The translations under genes were made by a program, and so were the position numbers. DNA of 64,000 bases from the human T2T-CHM13v2.0 reference genome, Homo sapiens, in assembly GCF_009914755.1 (NCBI RefSeq), contig NC_060937.1. One strand, 5' to 3'. Positions within the stretch are counted from its first letter, which is position 1. Each line of letters starts with the position of its first letter. Shown here in pieces: positions 13,051 through 34,728 of the stretch. The notes under the pieces were generated by a model. That model did no database searches, had not been told where the DNA came from, and saw nothing but the letters and a program-made list of their open reading frames with translations.

Positions 13051-15867
13051 TGTGGTAGGCTGAATAGTAGAACTCCAAAATAACAAAGTCCGAAATCCCA
13101 GAACCTGTCAATGTTACTTACATGTCAAAAGGGACTTCGTAGATGTGCACAAATTAAGGATACTGGGATGGGGAGATTATTCTGGATTATCTGTGTGGGC
13201 CATACAGGTACTCATCAGTGTTTTCATAAAAGGAAGGCAGAGAGAAGATATACTACAGAGAAAAGGTGATGTGATACTGGAAACAGAGATAAGAGGGTTA
13301 TGTTTTGAAGATGGAGGAAGGGACCACAAGTCAAGGAATATAGGTAGCCTCTAGAAACTGAAAAAAGCAAAAATAAATAAATAAATAAATATAAAAATGG
13401 ATTTTTCCCTTGAGCCTCCAGAAGGAATTAGCACTGCTGACACTTTGACTTTAATTCAGTTAAACCGATTTCAGACTTCTGACCTCCAAAAGTGTAAGGG
13501 AATAGATTTGTATTGTTTTAAGTCACTAAGTTTGTGGTGATTTATTTTAACAGCAATAGGAAACTCATACATATTTTGGGCGTCTAGAAGTGAGATGCGA
13601 CTGTAACAGATCACCAAAAATGTAGATGTGGCATTTGAATTGGATAATGGGTACAGTCTGGAAGAATTTTAAGGTACATAATAGAAAAAGCCTGCATTGC
13701 TTTGAACAGACTGTAAGTGGAAATATAAATGTTAAAGATTCTTGGTGAAGCTCATAAGGAAATAAGGAACATGTTTTGGAAACTGGATAAATATCTTTGT
13801 TATATAGTGATAGAAAGCTTAGCTAAATTATGTCTTGAGGTTATGTGTAAAAATCTTGTAAATGATTAACTTGGATATTTAGCTGAGGAAATTTCAAAGC
13901 AAAGGGTTAAGATATGATGTGTTTTCTTTTCTTTTTGCTGCTTATAGTCAAATGGGAGGGGAAAGAGATAAATTGAGGAAAGAATTATTAAGGCAAAAAG
14001 CAACTAAGACTTGATAATTTGGAAAATTTTCAGTCTATCCAGATTGCAAAAGATGCCAAAATGAAAAGATTCACTGTCAGAAAAGAGTGCTCTTGAGAGC
14101 AATCCAAGAGAGTGAGTGGACAACTTTTTGCAAGTGCCTCAGAAGTATTGCAAGATTAAAGTATTCAGTCACACAGAAGTCTCTTTGAAAAGATTAGTCA
14201 AGTGACATATGGATTCTAATACATACATAGGAGAACCACAAAGTTTTTAAGAATGATATATCAGCAGAAACTCTGTAAGCTTTTACTGAAAGGGACAGAG
14301 GGAAGAGGAAATAAAAGAATGCTGTTGTAATTCCAAAATTTTACAGGTAGGAAACAGGCTGATAAAGTTATTCAGCTGCAAGCACATACTACCATTTATG
14401 AAAAAAAAGAAGCGTTCAGAGGATGGAGGCTTGAGACCCAAAAAGATAACCTTGAAGTCTAATAGAGTTTGCTCAGTTGGATTTCAAATTTGCTTGGGGT
14501 TGCTGACCCCTTTATTTCTTCTGCCTTTTTTTTTTTTTTCTCCAATTGGAATAGAAATGCCCATAACTATTATCCCATGCCTGTTTCAAGTATTTTGACT
14601 TTAGCACAGTGAAACAGATCTCAGAATTCTGATCTCCAGGAATATAAGATAAATTTGTGTTTTTTTAAGTCTATAAATTTTTGGTAATTTGTTGCAAAAG
14701 CAATAGAAAGTTTATACAAATATTGTTGTATTCAATCCTACACTTTGTTTTTCAGTGTTATGGGTACACAGATGGAGGAGAATTATGCTTTAGGATGGAA
14801 CATACCTAAAGCGTGATTTATACCTAATTTATATGACTTAGATGATGAGATTTGGGATATCTGAGCTGATAATATTATTTACTTATTGTTTTTTATTGAT
14901 ATATAGTGTTTGTACATATGTAAGCAATACATGTGATATTTTGATGCATGCATGGAATGTGCAATCATCAAATCATGGTATTTAGGGTATCTATTACTTT
15001 GAATATGTATCATTTTGTTTGTGTTGGGACTATTTCAAATCTTTTCTAGCTATTTTGAAATATACAATATACTGTTGTGTATCATATATTGTATAGTTAC
15101 TCTACTATGCTATTGAACACTAGAACTTATTCTTTCTATCTAACTGTACCTCTATATCTGCTAACCAACCTTTCTTCATGCCCTCCCATCCCATACCATT
15201 CTCAGCCTCTGGTAACTATCATTCTATTCTCTACCTCCTTGAACTGATAATATTTAGATGAGACTTTGGTCTTGAACTGATGTTTTAATAGGTGGAGACA
15301 CTTGGGGAGGCTGGGATGCATTAAATGCATTTTGCATGTAGGGTGAATGTGAATCTTTGGTAGCCAGAAGGCAGACTGATAGGTTGAAAAATGGCCCCCC
15401 GAAATATCCACTTCCTCATCTCCAGAACCTGCAAATGTTATACGGCAAAAGGTACTTTGCAAAAGTGATTATGCTAAGGATCTTGAGATGACACTAGGGA
15501 GGATATCCAGATGAACAACAAAAGTAACCACAAGTGCCTTTATAAGAAAAGAGCAGAAGGAGATTTGGTTACACAGAGAAGAGGGTGATGTGATTATGGA
15601 AGCAGAGTATTGGAGTGATGCACTTTGAAGATGGAGGAAGATGCCACAAGTTAAAGAATATTGGCAGCCACTAGAAGCTAAAAAAAGATAGGTGAATGGA
15701 TTCTCTCCTTAGAATCTTCAAGAAAAATTAACTCTGTGAATATTTTGAATTTAGCACAGTGAAACAGATCTCAGAATTCTTACCTCCAGGAATATAAGAT
15801 AAATTTGTGTTTTTTAAGTCTATAATTCTTTGGTAATTTGTTGCAAAAGCAATAGAAAGTTTGTACA
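13051..15867 (+). mobile_element. two-LTR MaLR element (MLT1D-like): LTR 13051-13571, internal region, LTR 15377-15867
   Basis: TGTGGTAGGCTGAAT..AAACTCATACA; second homologous LTR preceded by a purine-rich tract; MaLR internal start. Confidence 0.88.
14877..15239 (-). mobile_element. 5'-truncated L1MA 3' end nested in the MLT1 internal region
   Basis: TSD TGARCTGATAATATT at 14862-14876 and 15240-15254; L1MA 3'UTR motifs. Confidence 0.85.
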
Positions 15868-15996
15868 AATATTGTTGTATTAAATCGTCTAAAATTTTGA
15901 TTGGAATTTGTGCTTCTGTGTTCATTAAAGATATTAGTCTATAGTTGTTTTTCTCATATATTTATTTTATTTTATTTTTTTAAAATTATAACAATG

Positions 15997-16303
<307 letters not shown>

Positions 16304-17014
16304 TTATTTCATCAGTTTCAAGGGTATAATGCCAGAGATTTTTTCCACTTTATTAATTTTATTTTACTGTGGCAAGAACACTTAACGTAACATATACCCT
16401 TTTAAGAAATTTCAAAGTGTAAAATGCAGTAGTGTTGACTATAGAAGCATACCTTGGTGATGCCGCAGGTTTGATTCTACACCATCTCAAAAACATTAAT
16501 ATCACAATAAAATATCATACTAATTTTTTGGTTTCTGGTGCAAATAAAAGTATGTTTACATTATACTGTAGTCTATTGTGTGCAATAGTCTTATGCCTAA
16601 AAATGCACATACCTTAAAAATACTTTATTGCTAAACAAATGTTAAATATCATCTGAGTAAGGTGTAATCTTTGTGCTTGTGGAGGGTCTTGCCTCAATGT
16701 TGATGACTGCTGACTGATCAGAGTGGTGATGTTGAAGGTTGGGGTGGCTGTGGAAATTTCTTAAAATAAGACAACAATAAGGTTTGCCACATCAATTCAC
16801 TCTTCCTTTCATGGAAGAATTCTCTGAAGCAAAGCTATGTGATAGTGTTTTACTCACAGTAGAACTTCTTTCAAAACTGGAGTCAGTCCTCTCAAACCCT
16901 GACACTGCTTTATCAGCTAAGTTTATGAAATAGTCTAAATCCTTTGTTGTTATTTCAACAATGTGCACAGTATGTTCATGAGAAGTAGATTCCATCTCAA
17001 AAAACCAATTTCTA

Positions 17015-17190
17015 GGTCAGGCGCAGTGTAATCCCAGTGCTTTGAGTAGCTGAGGTGGGAGAATTGCTTCAGGCCAGGAGTTTGAGATTAGCATAGGCAA
17101 CATAGTGAGACTCCTGTCTCTACCGAGAAGAATAATAAGAAAAAGGAGAACAAGAAGAAAGAAGGAGAAGGCGAAGGAGAAGGAGAAGGA
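17015..17190 (+). mobile_element. Alu monomer (FLAM-like) with a GA-rich tail
   Basis: single arm followed by (GAAGGA)n. Confidence 0.8.
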
Positions 17191-18025
17191 GAAATCACTT
17201 TCTTTGAAGATTGCAGCAATTCTATCACACCTTCAGGCTGTACTTCTAATTCTAGTTCTCTTGCTACTTCCACCACATTTGCAGTTACTTCCTCCACTAA
17301 AGTCATGAGCCTCTCAAAGTCATCCATGAGGATTGGGATCAATTTATTTCAAACTTCTGTTAATGCTGATATTTGGACCTCCTCCCATGAATCATCAATG
17401 TTCTTGATGGCATCTAGAATGGTGAATCCTTTCTATAAGGGTTTCAATTTACTTTGCCCAAATCTATCGGAAGAATCACTATCTATGGCAGCTATGGCCT
17501 TACAAAATGTATCTCTTAAATAATAATATTTGAGAGTCAAAATGACTTTTTGATCCATGGGCTGCAGAATGGATGTTTGTTGGAGACTGAAAGAATGAGG
17601 GTCATGACCAACCCAGTATACCACTGGAGGCTACATGAGTAAACAGCAAACTGTTCTCATGAAAGCAGGTTGTTGGCAAACTTGGCAAACTACGTCTGCC
17701 ACCCAGAAGGAATGCTGAGGGCAGTCACACCTCAAGCACAAGTGTTTCCTGTGATTAGGCATAGCTGAAGCCTGTTGGCAATAATGTGAACCTGTGATCA
17801 ATTAAGCAGCTGACCAATTGTTACCTCCTCCTCCCTGCTCTTTCTACCCAATAAATACAAAGGGCTGTAGAAGCTCAGGGAGGCCGCCTTTGCTCACTAG
17901 AAGCAGGGATCCCTCTTCTTCCCCTGGCCCCTTTCTTTAAAACAGTTTAAGTTTTCATTTCTGTGTTCGTCCTCCTTCATTCAGTCCCATGGTAACTGTG
18001 GCAAACCATGGCAAACTGCAGCAAG

Positions 18026-18043
18026 TGGCACCCAAACAGAGAC
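18026..18043 (+). promoter_or_regulatory. primer binding site, tRNA-Lys-like
   Basis: TGGCACCCAAACAGAGAC two nt after the 5' LTR, resembling TGGCGCCCGAACAGGGAC. Confidence 0.8.
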
Positions 18044-18293
18044 CGTGGGGACAGATAGAGATTAGTAGAGACTAGCAGAGACTTGCAGGGACAGATAGGG
18101 ACAAACAGGGACAGATAGGGTCCTATAGGGACATGAACGAAGAAGGTCTGCTGGAGCAGAAGTAGTAAACCCAGATGAACCAGAAACCCCATTACAAGTC
18201 TGCCAGCTGCAATATAAGGTCACTGCTCTAAAGAGGTACTGGTCAGTGCCCTAAAGAGGTATAGAGAATGGGAAGTTTTTGAATCAGGGTAAC

Positions 18294-18879
18294 ATGGGGA
18301 AGAACTTGGCTATTTCTTTTCTCTTTTTTGTTTGGAGTTTGGTTTGTACTGTCTTTGTCATTATTTCAGGGTTTGAGAGAATTTTTTGATCCACCTACAG
18401 CACCTATTGAGGGTAGTGAACAGGAGAGGGAGGATGAAAATTGGTTTGTACTGTCTTCTTTTGTGGCTACAGAAAGCCTAACTTTAACTTTTGAGAGTGC
18501 AAACATGGATTGTAAACATGCACTGGCACCTGTGAGATGTACAAAAATCTTGGGAGGTTTTCTCAGAGCTTGTCAAGATGTGGGAACTGAGCTTCATTAC
18601 TCTACAATATTGGCTCAATAATGACTAATTTGATAGTTGACAGATCTAAAAGGAGCCAAGGGTCAAGCCTTAAAGTGGGAAAATGTTATAAGTGTAGAAA
18701 AATTGGACATTTTAAAAAAAGAATGCCGTCAGACCTCTGGGCAGAAGGGATCTTATAACACAGTCCCCTCCTAACAGAAAAAAAAGCCAGGATTTTGCCC
18801 TTGTTGCAATAAAGGAAATCACTGGGCTAATCAATGCCACTCAAAATTTCATCAAAATGGCACCCCCCTGTAGGGAAAC
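18294..18879 (+). pseudogene. gag: ERV gag remnant
   Basis: ATG GGG start; FESANMDC capsid motif; two CCHC knuckles (CYKCRKIGHFKK/EC at 18684, CPCCNKGNHWANQC at 18796); GGGAAAC slippery site at 18873. Confidence 0.85.
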
Positions 18880-19440
18880 AAGAAGGGGGCCTGGACCGGG
18901 GCACCTCAAACAATGAGGGCACTCCTCGTCCAGGCCACAACTCCGTTTCAGGGGTGAGTTTCTGGAGGCACGTCGATTCCCTCTCCCCGGGAACACCTGG
19001 AAGCGCGGGATTAGATCTCCCAGTCAGAGAACGGGTTACGTTAATTGGAGGAAACAAACTCACTAAGATTCCCACTGGTATTTGGGGACCTTTGCCAATA
19101 GGATACATGGGATTAATTTTGGGTAAAAGTCATCTTAACTTACTGGGCATTACTGTAGTCCCAGGAGTTGATTTTGATTGGGAAGGAGAAATTCAGGTGG
19201 TGGTGGTGGTGTCACAAGATCTTTGGGTTTTTGAACCAGGGAGAATATATTGCTCAACTGTTGCTTATTCCCTGTAAATTGCACCCTTCTCCACAAAAGG
19301 AGAAAGGAGAGAATCAAGGGATTTGGAAGTACAACTACACAGGAAATTTATCTATCACAACCCATAGCATCTAGTAGACCCACTTGTGCAGTGCAAATTG
19401 AAGAAGAGTTTTGTGGGCTTATGGATGCAGAAGCAAGAGG
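18880..19440 (+). pseudogene. pro: ERV pro remnant: dUTPase domain plus start of the protease
   Basis: GSAGLDL, IPTG, ILGKS, GEIQV, IAQLL and GFGST dUTPase motifs spread over shifted frames; GLMDAEA at the LDTGA position. Confidence 0.88.
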
Positions 19441-19445
19441 CTGAT

Positions 19446-19467
19446 CTCTCATGGTAATAGATCGTGA

Positions 19468-19501
<34 letters not shown>

Positions 19502-19810
19502 ATAGTGTTGCACGAGAAAAATAAGCTTTGATTTGTTTTCTTTGTTTTCTCTGTGCCTTCTGTTAATCAGAAAGAGCCTGCCTCTCATTATCAATGGAAA
19601 GTTTTACCGCGTGGTTAACCAAAGAGGAAGAAGCTGAATTGCAGCTTGTGGAGCAGATGCATCAGCAACAGCATGCCCCCAGCTACAGCCTCAAAAGCCT
19701 TTGCCTTTTTTCAATTAATTTGCTAATGTGGGGATGAGGGTACGCTTGTGTTTTTGCAGGAGATGAACAAACTCTATGGGTGCCCTTAAGGTGTGTACGA
19801 CCATGGAATA
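19446..19810 (+). pseudogene. pol: ERV pol remnants (RT piece, connection piece, integrase C-terminus)
   Basis: VIDREDFF.., SVPSVNQKEPASHYQWKVLP, LTKEEEAELQLVE, WG*GYACVF..LWVP. Confidence 0.8.
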
Positions 19811-21494
19811 GGAGACTGGAGGGACCCATGCAACCCAACTGTGGGCCTGGTTCCCCCAGTACGAGCTGAATGCAAAGACAGAACGAACCAGCAATTGAAG
19901 CCTGCACATTTTGCAATTACCTTTCTCAATTAATTTAAAAACACAAAGGGAGAGATGTTGGAGACCGCAAGAATGAGCGTTGTGACCAACTCAGTATACC
20001 ACTGGAGGCTATGTGAGTAAAGAGCAAACTGTTCTTACAGGTTGTTGGCAAACTGACAAACGGTGTCTGCCACCCACAAGGAATGCTGAGGGCAGTCACG
20101 CCCCAAGCACAAGTGTTGCTTGTGATTAGGCACATCTGAAGCCTGTTAGCAATAATGTGAACCTGTGATCAATTAAGCAGCTGACCAATCGTTACCTCCT
20201 CCTCCCTGCTCTTTCTACTCAATAAATAAAAGGGCTGTAGAAGCTCAGGGTGGCTGCCTTTGCTCACTAGAAGCAGGGATCCCTCTTCTTCCCCTAGCCC
20301 CTTTCTTTAAACTGTTTCTTTTAAGTTTTCATTTCTGCATTTGTCTGCCTTCATTCAGTCCCGTGGTAACCATGGCAAACCGCAGTAGATGTTGTGTTAG
20401 CAGGTATGAAAATAACATTAATCTCCTTGTACATATTCATCAGAGTTCTTGGGGGACCAGATACACTGTTGATGAGCCATAATATTTTGAAAAGAATCTT
20501 TTTTTTTTTTTTTTTTTTTGAGCAGTAAGTGTCAATATTTGGCTTACACTATTCATTAAACCATGCTGTGAACACGTGTTCTGTCATCCAGGCTTTGTTA
20601 TCTCATTTATAGAGCATAGGTAGAATAGATTCAGCTTAGTTCTAAAGGGCTGTAGGATTTTCAGAATGGTAAACAAGCATTGGCTTCAGTTTAGTCACCA
20701 GCTGCATTAGTCCCTAGCAAGAGAATCAGCCTGTGCTTTGAAACTTTGAAGCCAGACATTGACTTCCCCTCTCTAGTGATATAAATCCTAGATGGCATCA
20801 TCTTCCACTATAAGGCTGTTTCATCTACATATAAATTCTCTTTTTTAATGTAGCCACCTTCATCAATTATCTTAGCTACATCTTCTGGATAACTTGCTGT
20901 AGCTCCTACATCAACGTTTGCTGCTCCACCTAGCACTTTTATGTTATGGAGATGGCTTCTTTTACTTTAACCTCACGAACCAACCTCTGCTAGCTTCCAG
21001 CTTTTCTTCTGCAGCGTTCTCACACCTCTCACTTTTATGAAATTGAAGTAAGTTAGGGCCTTGCTCTGGATTAGGCTTTGGCATAAGAGAATGTTGTGGC
21101 TGGTTTGATCTTCCATTCAGATCACTAAAGCTTTCTTCATATCAACGATATGGCTGTTTCACTTTCTTATCATTCATGTGTTTACTGGAGTAGTATTTTT
21201 AGTTTCCTTCAATAACTTTTCCTTTGCACTCACAACTTGACTAAGTGGTTGTTGCAAAGGTTTAGTTTTTGGCCTATTCCTGCTTTTGACATACTTTCCG
21301 CAATAAGCTTAACTACTAGTAGCTTTTAACTTTAAAAAAGAGATGTGAAACTTTTTTTCACTTGAACACTTAAAGGTCATTGCCAGCTTATTAATTGGCT
21401 TAATTTTAATATTACTGTTTCTTAGGGAGTAAGGAGGCTAGTCAGCACAGCAGTCAGAGCTCACATCACATTTATGGTAAGTTTGCTGTCTTTT

Positions 21495-28881
<7,387 letters not shown>

Positions 28882-29454
28882 GTTTGCTGTCTTTTAAGAG
28901 TGCAGTTAGTGGTGCTCCAAAACGGTTACAATAATAACATCGAAAATCACTGATCATAGATCTCCATAAGACATAATAATAATAATGAAAAGGTTTGAAA
29001 TGTTGTGAGAATTACCAAAATGGGACACAGACATAAGTGAGCACAAGCTGTTGGAAAAATGGTGTTGATAGATTGCCTTCACACAGAGTTGTCACAAACT
29101 TTCAATTTGTGACAACTTTCAATTTCATTTCTTGACCCACACTTCACGCATTTAAAATTTGAAAGATTTTTAACTTTTTAAAAAAATATTTCTTGTGTAA
29201 CATTTGAAAACAGTGTAGAAAATCACAAGGAAAGAAGTGAAAGTACAAATAATCCCATCACCCAGTCTCTTTAATTTTACCTTTCTCCTAGTGGCTATAA
29301 TGTTGTTTTTCTGACCATAAGAGAAATACATATTCATGATAAAGTTTTCAAATAATACAAAAAAGTATGAGGAATAGAATAAAATTGTCATAACTCCATT
29401 ATCTTTAAATAACTACTGAAAATATGTGAGTGCAATTTGTTCCAGTCTTTTAAT

Positions 29455-29805
<351 letters not shown>

Positions 29806-31755
29806 TGACCATATGTATATATTTTTAAATAATCTTTTTAAGGCAATTGTAGAATCACATTCAGTGTTAAGAAATAATACAAAGAGATACCATGTACTAT
29901 TTAGCCGGTTTTCTTCACTGGTGTGTATAACTGTAATGGAATATCACAACTAGGTAATAACATTAATGAAGTGATACACAATATTTCTATCACCACAAGG
30001 ATCTGTCATGTTGCCCTTTTATAACCCCCTCCACTTCTTCCACCTCCTATTTTCCTGTCCTTAAGTTACAGAAACCAATAACTTCTTTCATTTATATACT
30101 TTAGTCATTTCAAGAATGTTATATAAATATAATACATCCCTTTTAGGATTGACTTTTCACTCAGGATAATTCTCTAGAGATTTATCTAAGTTTATTAATA
30201 ATTTGTTCCCTTTTTGCTCAGTAATATTACACAGCATTACTATATCACAATCTGTTTCACCATTAAAAGACATCTGAGTTATATTCAACTTCTGAAATGA
30301 ATATGAATAAAGCTGCAATAAATATTCATTTGTAGTTTTCTTTTTTTGGTAAACACAGGTCTCCATTAGTCTAGGATAAATGCCCTGAATGAAATATCTG
30401 GGTCATATGATTGTTACACGTATAGTTTCAAAAGAAGCTGCCAAAATGTTTGGCAGAAGGGTTGTACCATTTTAAATTTTCACCAGCTATTTATGAGAAA
30501 CTCCGTTTCTTTCCATCTTTGCTACCATTTGATGTTATCACTAGTTTGTGTTCTGGCCATTCTGATTAAGTGTCTCACTGGCCATTCTGATTACATATCT
30601 CACTGTGGCTTGAATGTGCATCTCCCTAAAGGTTCACAATGTTGAACATCTTTGCATCTGTTTATTTTGCATATGTGTATTCACTTTAATCTGTTCATGT
30701 CTTTGCCCATTTTCTAATTGGATAGTTTGATATTTTACTACTGAGTTTTGAGAGCTTTTTACACATCCAGATACTAGTCCTTTGTCAGATATGTAGTTTG
30801 CAAGTGTTTTCTTCCAGTCTGTTGCTTGTATTTTCATCCTTTGAACAAGATTGTTCAGTTTTTAATTTTGATGATGTCCAATTTATCAATTTTCCTTTCA
30901 TGAATTGTTCTTTGGTGTCAAGTCTAACAGCTCCTAGCCTAGCCCTAGAAAATTAAGAGTTTCTCATGTTTTTTTTTCCGCAATGGTTTTATAATTTTTT
31001 GTTTTATATTTGAGTTCATATTTCATTTTAAGTAAATTTTTATATAAGGTATGAAGTTGAGGTCAAGTTCTATAGTTTTCACCTATCAATATCCAATTTT
31101 TCCAGGTTCATTTGTTGAAAAGGCTGTATATCTTAATTTTTTTTTTTGCACCTTGGTTAGCAATTGGGCATATTTGTGTGAGTCTATTCTGGGATCTTCA
31201 TTCTATTCCATTGATCTATGTGTCTATACCTCCTCTAATAACATATCCTAATTACTATAGCTATAAATTAGGTTTTATAATCAGGTAGACTGATTCCTCC
31301 TACTTTTTTTTTTTCAAAACTGTTCTAGCTATTATAGTTCCTTTACCATTTCATGAGCATTTTATAATTATTGTGTCTATATCTACAAAAATATTTTCTG
31401 GAATTTTGATAGAAATTATAAAACAAAATTTTGTAAAATTATAAAAATTATAAATTAATTTGGAAGAATTTTCATCTTTACTGTCTTATAATCTGTGAAG
31501 ACGATGTGTCTCTGTATTTACTTAGATCTTTCACCAGTGTTTTGTAGTTTACACCATACAAATCCTTTCCATGATATGCCAGATTTATACTTAAATATGT
31601 CATCTTTTTAAGCAGTTGTAAATGATATTTTTTTCATTTTAGCTTCCATGTATTCATTGCTAAGATGTAGAAGTGTTTTGTTTTTCTAAGTTTATCTTCT
31701 ATCCTGTAATCTTGCTAATTCTCTTATTCTAGAATTAAGAAATATTTTCCTCTGA

Positions 31756-32115
<360 letters not shown>

Positions 32116-32827
32116 TAAAAAATTATTTTCCAATCTACGTGCCTTGTTTCCTTTTCACAAATAGGATATTGACATTGATGAAGTTAAGATACATAACTTT
32201 CTGATTACCACAGGATCCTTTACTTTATCCTTTCGTAGTCACACCTCACTCCAATATGTGGCTACAATTTCTAGTGGTATGTTAAATACAGTTGACATCC
32301 TTGATCTTAGAAGTAAACATTCAGTTTTTTACTCTTAAGTTTAGCATTAATAAAAGAATAGCTTTCATTGTTAAAATATACACATTTTCATTTAGTTGTT
32401 TTCAGCGTGAGCTTTTAAGATCTCAGTTTAAAATATTACTGATTGAAAAAATAATTTTTTAAAGCAACATAGGCTAATTACGAAATCCAGAGGGAACTTT
32501 GAATGACTATGAAAATACAGCAAGATAAAGACTTTGTTGTATTTTTGCATATGATATTTAATAAAATCAAAAAGTTTCCCTCTATTCTTATTTTCTGGAG
32601 AATATTTAGCCTAAATTAGCATCAATTGATCATGCAGTTTTTCATCTTTTTTAAACCTTGTTGCATCAATTGATATGATCATGCACATCAATTTTCTGTA
32701 GCTTATTAATAGAATGGGTTCTGTTGATTAATTTTTTGACTATTAAACCAGCCTTGCATACCTGGAATAAACTCAACTTGCTCATACTATATAATTTTTT
32801 AAACTATTGTTGAATTTTATTTGCTAA

Positions 32828-32900
32828 TTTTTTTGTTTTTTATACTGGGTCTTATTCTGCTACCCAGGTTGGAACTACAGGAATGTACCACCACCCCCAG

Positions 32901-32934
<34 letters not shown>

Positions 32935-33035
32935 GAGAGTTGGGGTTTTGCTATGTTACCTAGGCTAGTCTCAAACTCCTTGCTCTCACCCTTACAAAGC
33001 ACTGGGATTACAAGCATGAGCCACTATGCCTGGCC
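32828..33035 (-). mobile_element. internally deleted Alu
   Basis: partial right arm, long T linker, left arm. Confidence 0.75.
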
Positions 33036-34200
33036 TATTTGTTAACATTTTCATGAGACATTTTATGTTATATTCATGAAATATATTGATTTGTAGTTTG
33101 CGTTTTTGGGCTGTCTCTGTCTGGTTTTGGCATAAGATTACTACTACATGATAGAATAAATTGAAATTGTCTTCTCCTTCTTTATTTTCTGGAAGAGCTT
33201 ATGCAGAATTTGTCTTAATTCTTCAAAGATTTGATAATTTTCCAGAACCACACCTGAACTTTGATGTGTATTTCTTGTGGAGTTTTTAAATTACAAATTC
33301 AAATTCCTTAATAGTTATAGGGCTATTCAAATTGTTTCACATTGGGTAAAGTAAAATTGTTTATGCTTTTCAAGGAATTGATCCATTTAAGTTGACAAAT
33401 TTGTGTATAGAGACATTGATAGTATTAGTCATTTGATGTCTGCAAGGCCCATAGTAGTATCCTCAGTTTCATTCCTGATATTATTTCATTCCTGATATTC
33501 TTATCTATTAGTCTTGCTAGAAGTTTCCTAATTTTATTAATTGCATCACAGAATCAGTTTTCTTTTAATAATTTTCTACTGTTTCTCAATTTTAAATTTT
33601 ATTGATTTCTACCTTTGTTTTATCTTCTTACTTATGATTGCTTTGGCTTTACTTTGCCCTTCTTTTTATAGGTTCTTGGGGAAAGAGCTTAGATTATTTA
33701 TTTGAGACTTTTTCCTGGTATGAACATTTGTTACTATAAATGTCCCTATCAACATTCTTTAGCTGTGTCCCAGAAATTTTAATATACTGTATTTAAGTTT
33801 TCAGTTAGTTCAATGTACATTTAGATTTCCTTTGTGACTTCCTCTTTTAACCATGTTATTTAAAAGTGTGACTTTTACTTTCCAAGTGTTTGTATGTTTG
33901 AGGATTTTTCTGTCTTATTTCTGTTATTGATTCTAGTTTTATTCCACTGTGATCAGAGAACATACTCTACATCATCAAGTCTTCAAAACTTGTTGAAGCC
34001 TGTTTTATGGGCTAGAATATGGTCTATCTTGGTGTATGTTACAACAAATCTTGAAAGGATGTCCATTCTGCTGTTGCTGGGTGGAACGTTCCATCGGTGT
34101 TGAATAGCTCCTGTTGCTTGATGGTGTTTTTGTATTATTTTATATCCTTGTACTGATTTTCTGTAGAGTTTTATTAACTGTTGAAAGAAGGGTGTTCAAA

Positions 34201-34728
34201 GGGAAACATAAATCATTCTACCAAAAAGACACATGGTAGAATGATTTATATTTTCATCCCATATGTTCATCACAGCATTATTCATAACAGCAAGGACATG
34301 GAATCAACCTAGATGTCCATCAGTGGTGGACTGGATCAAATATGGTGCACATACACCATGGAATACCATGCAGCCATTACAAAAAAAAAAGAAATTAAAT
34401 CTTTTTCAGCAACATGGATTCAGCTGGAGGCCATTATCCCAAGTGAATTAATGTAGCAACAGAAAACCAAATGATGCATGTTCTTATAAGTGGGAGCTAA
34501 ACATTGAGTACACATGGACATGAGGAGCAGAACAACAGACACCAGGGCCTACTTGAATGAGGAGATTGGGAGGAGGGTGAAGATGGAAAAACTGTCTATA
34601 GAGTACTACGCTTATTAGCTGGCTGACAAAATATTCTGCACGCCAAACCCTTGTGGCATGCAATTTACCTATGTAACAAACCTGCACATATACCTCATGA
34701 AACTAAAAATTAAAGTTGAGAAAAGAAA
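34201..34728 (+). mobile_element. 5'-truncated L1PA (PA15/16-like) 3' end
   Basis: TWNQPRCPS ORF2 end, 3'UTR; TSD AAAGARGGGTGTTSAAA. Confidence 0.9.

Larger units (their letters stand above)
17578..20387 (+). mobile_element. internally deleted HERV-K(HML-6)-like provirus with LTR3-type LTRs (17578-18023, 19956-20387)
   Basis: two homologous LTRs, perfect 6-bp TSD GATGTT (17572-77, 20388-93), Lys-like PBS, PPT 19937-19955, betaretroviral gene remnants. Confidence 0.9.

Noticed and set aside
18834-19277. 147-aa ORF as a functional dUTPase
   Set aside because: Motifs 3-5 are broken across frameshifts and the third motif is damaged.
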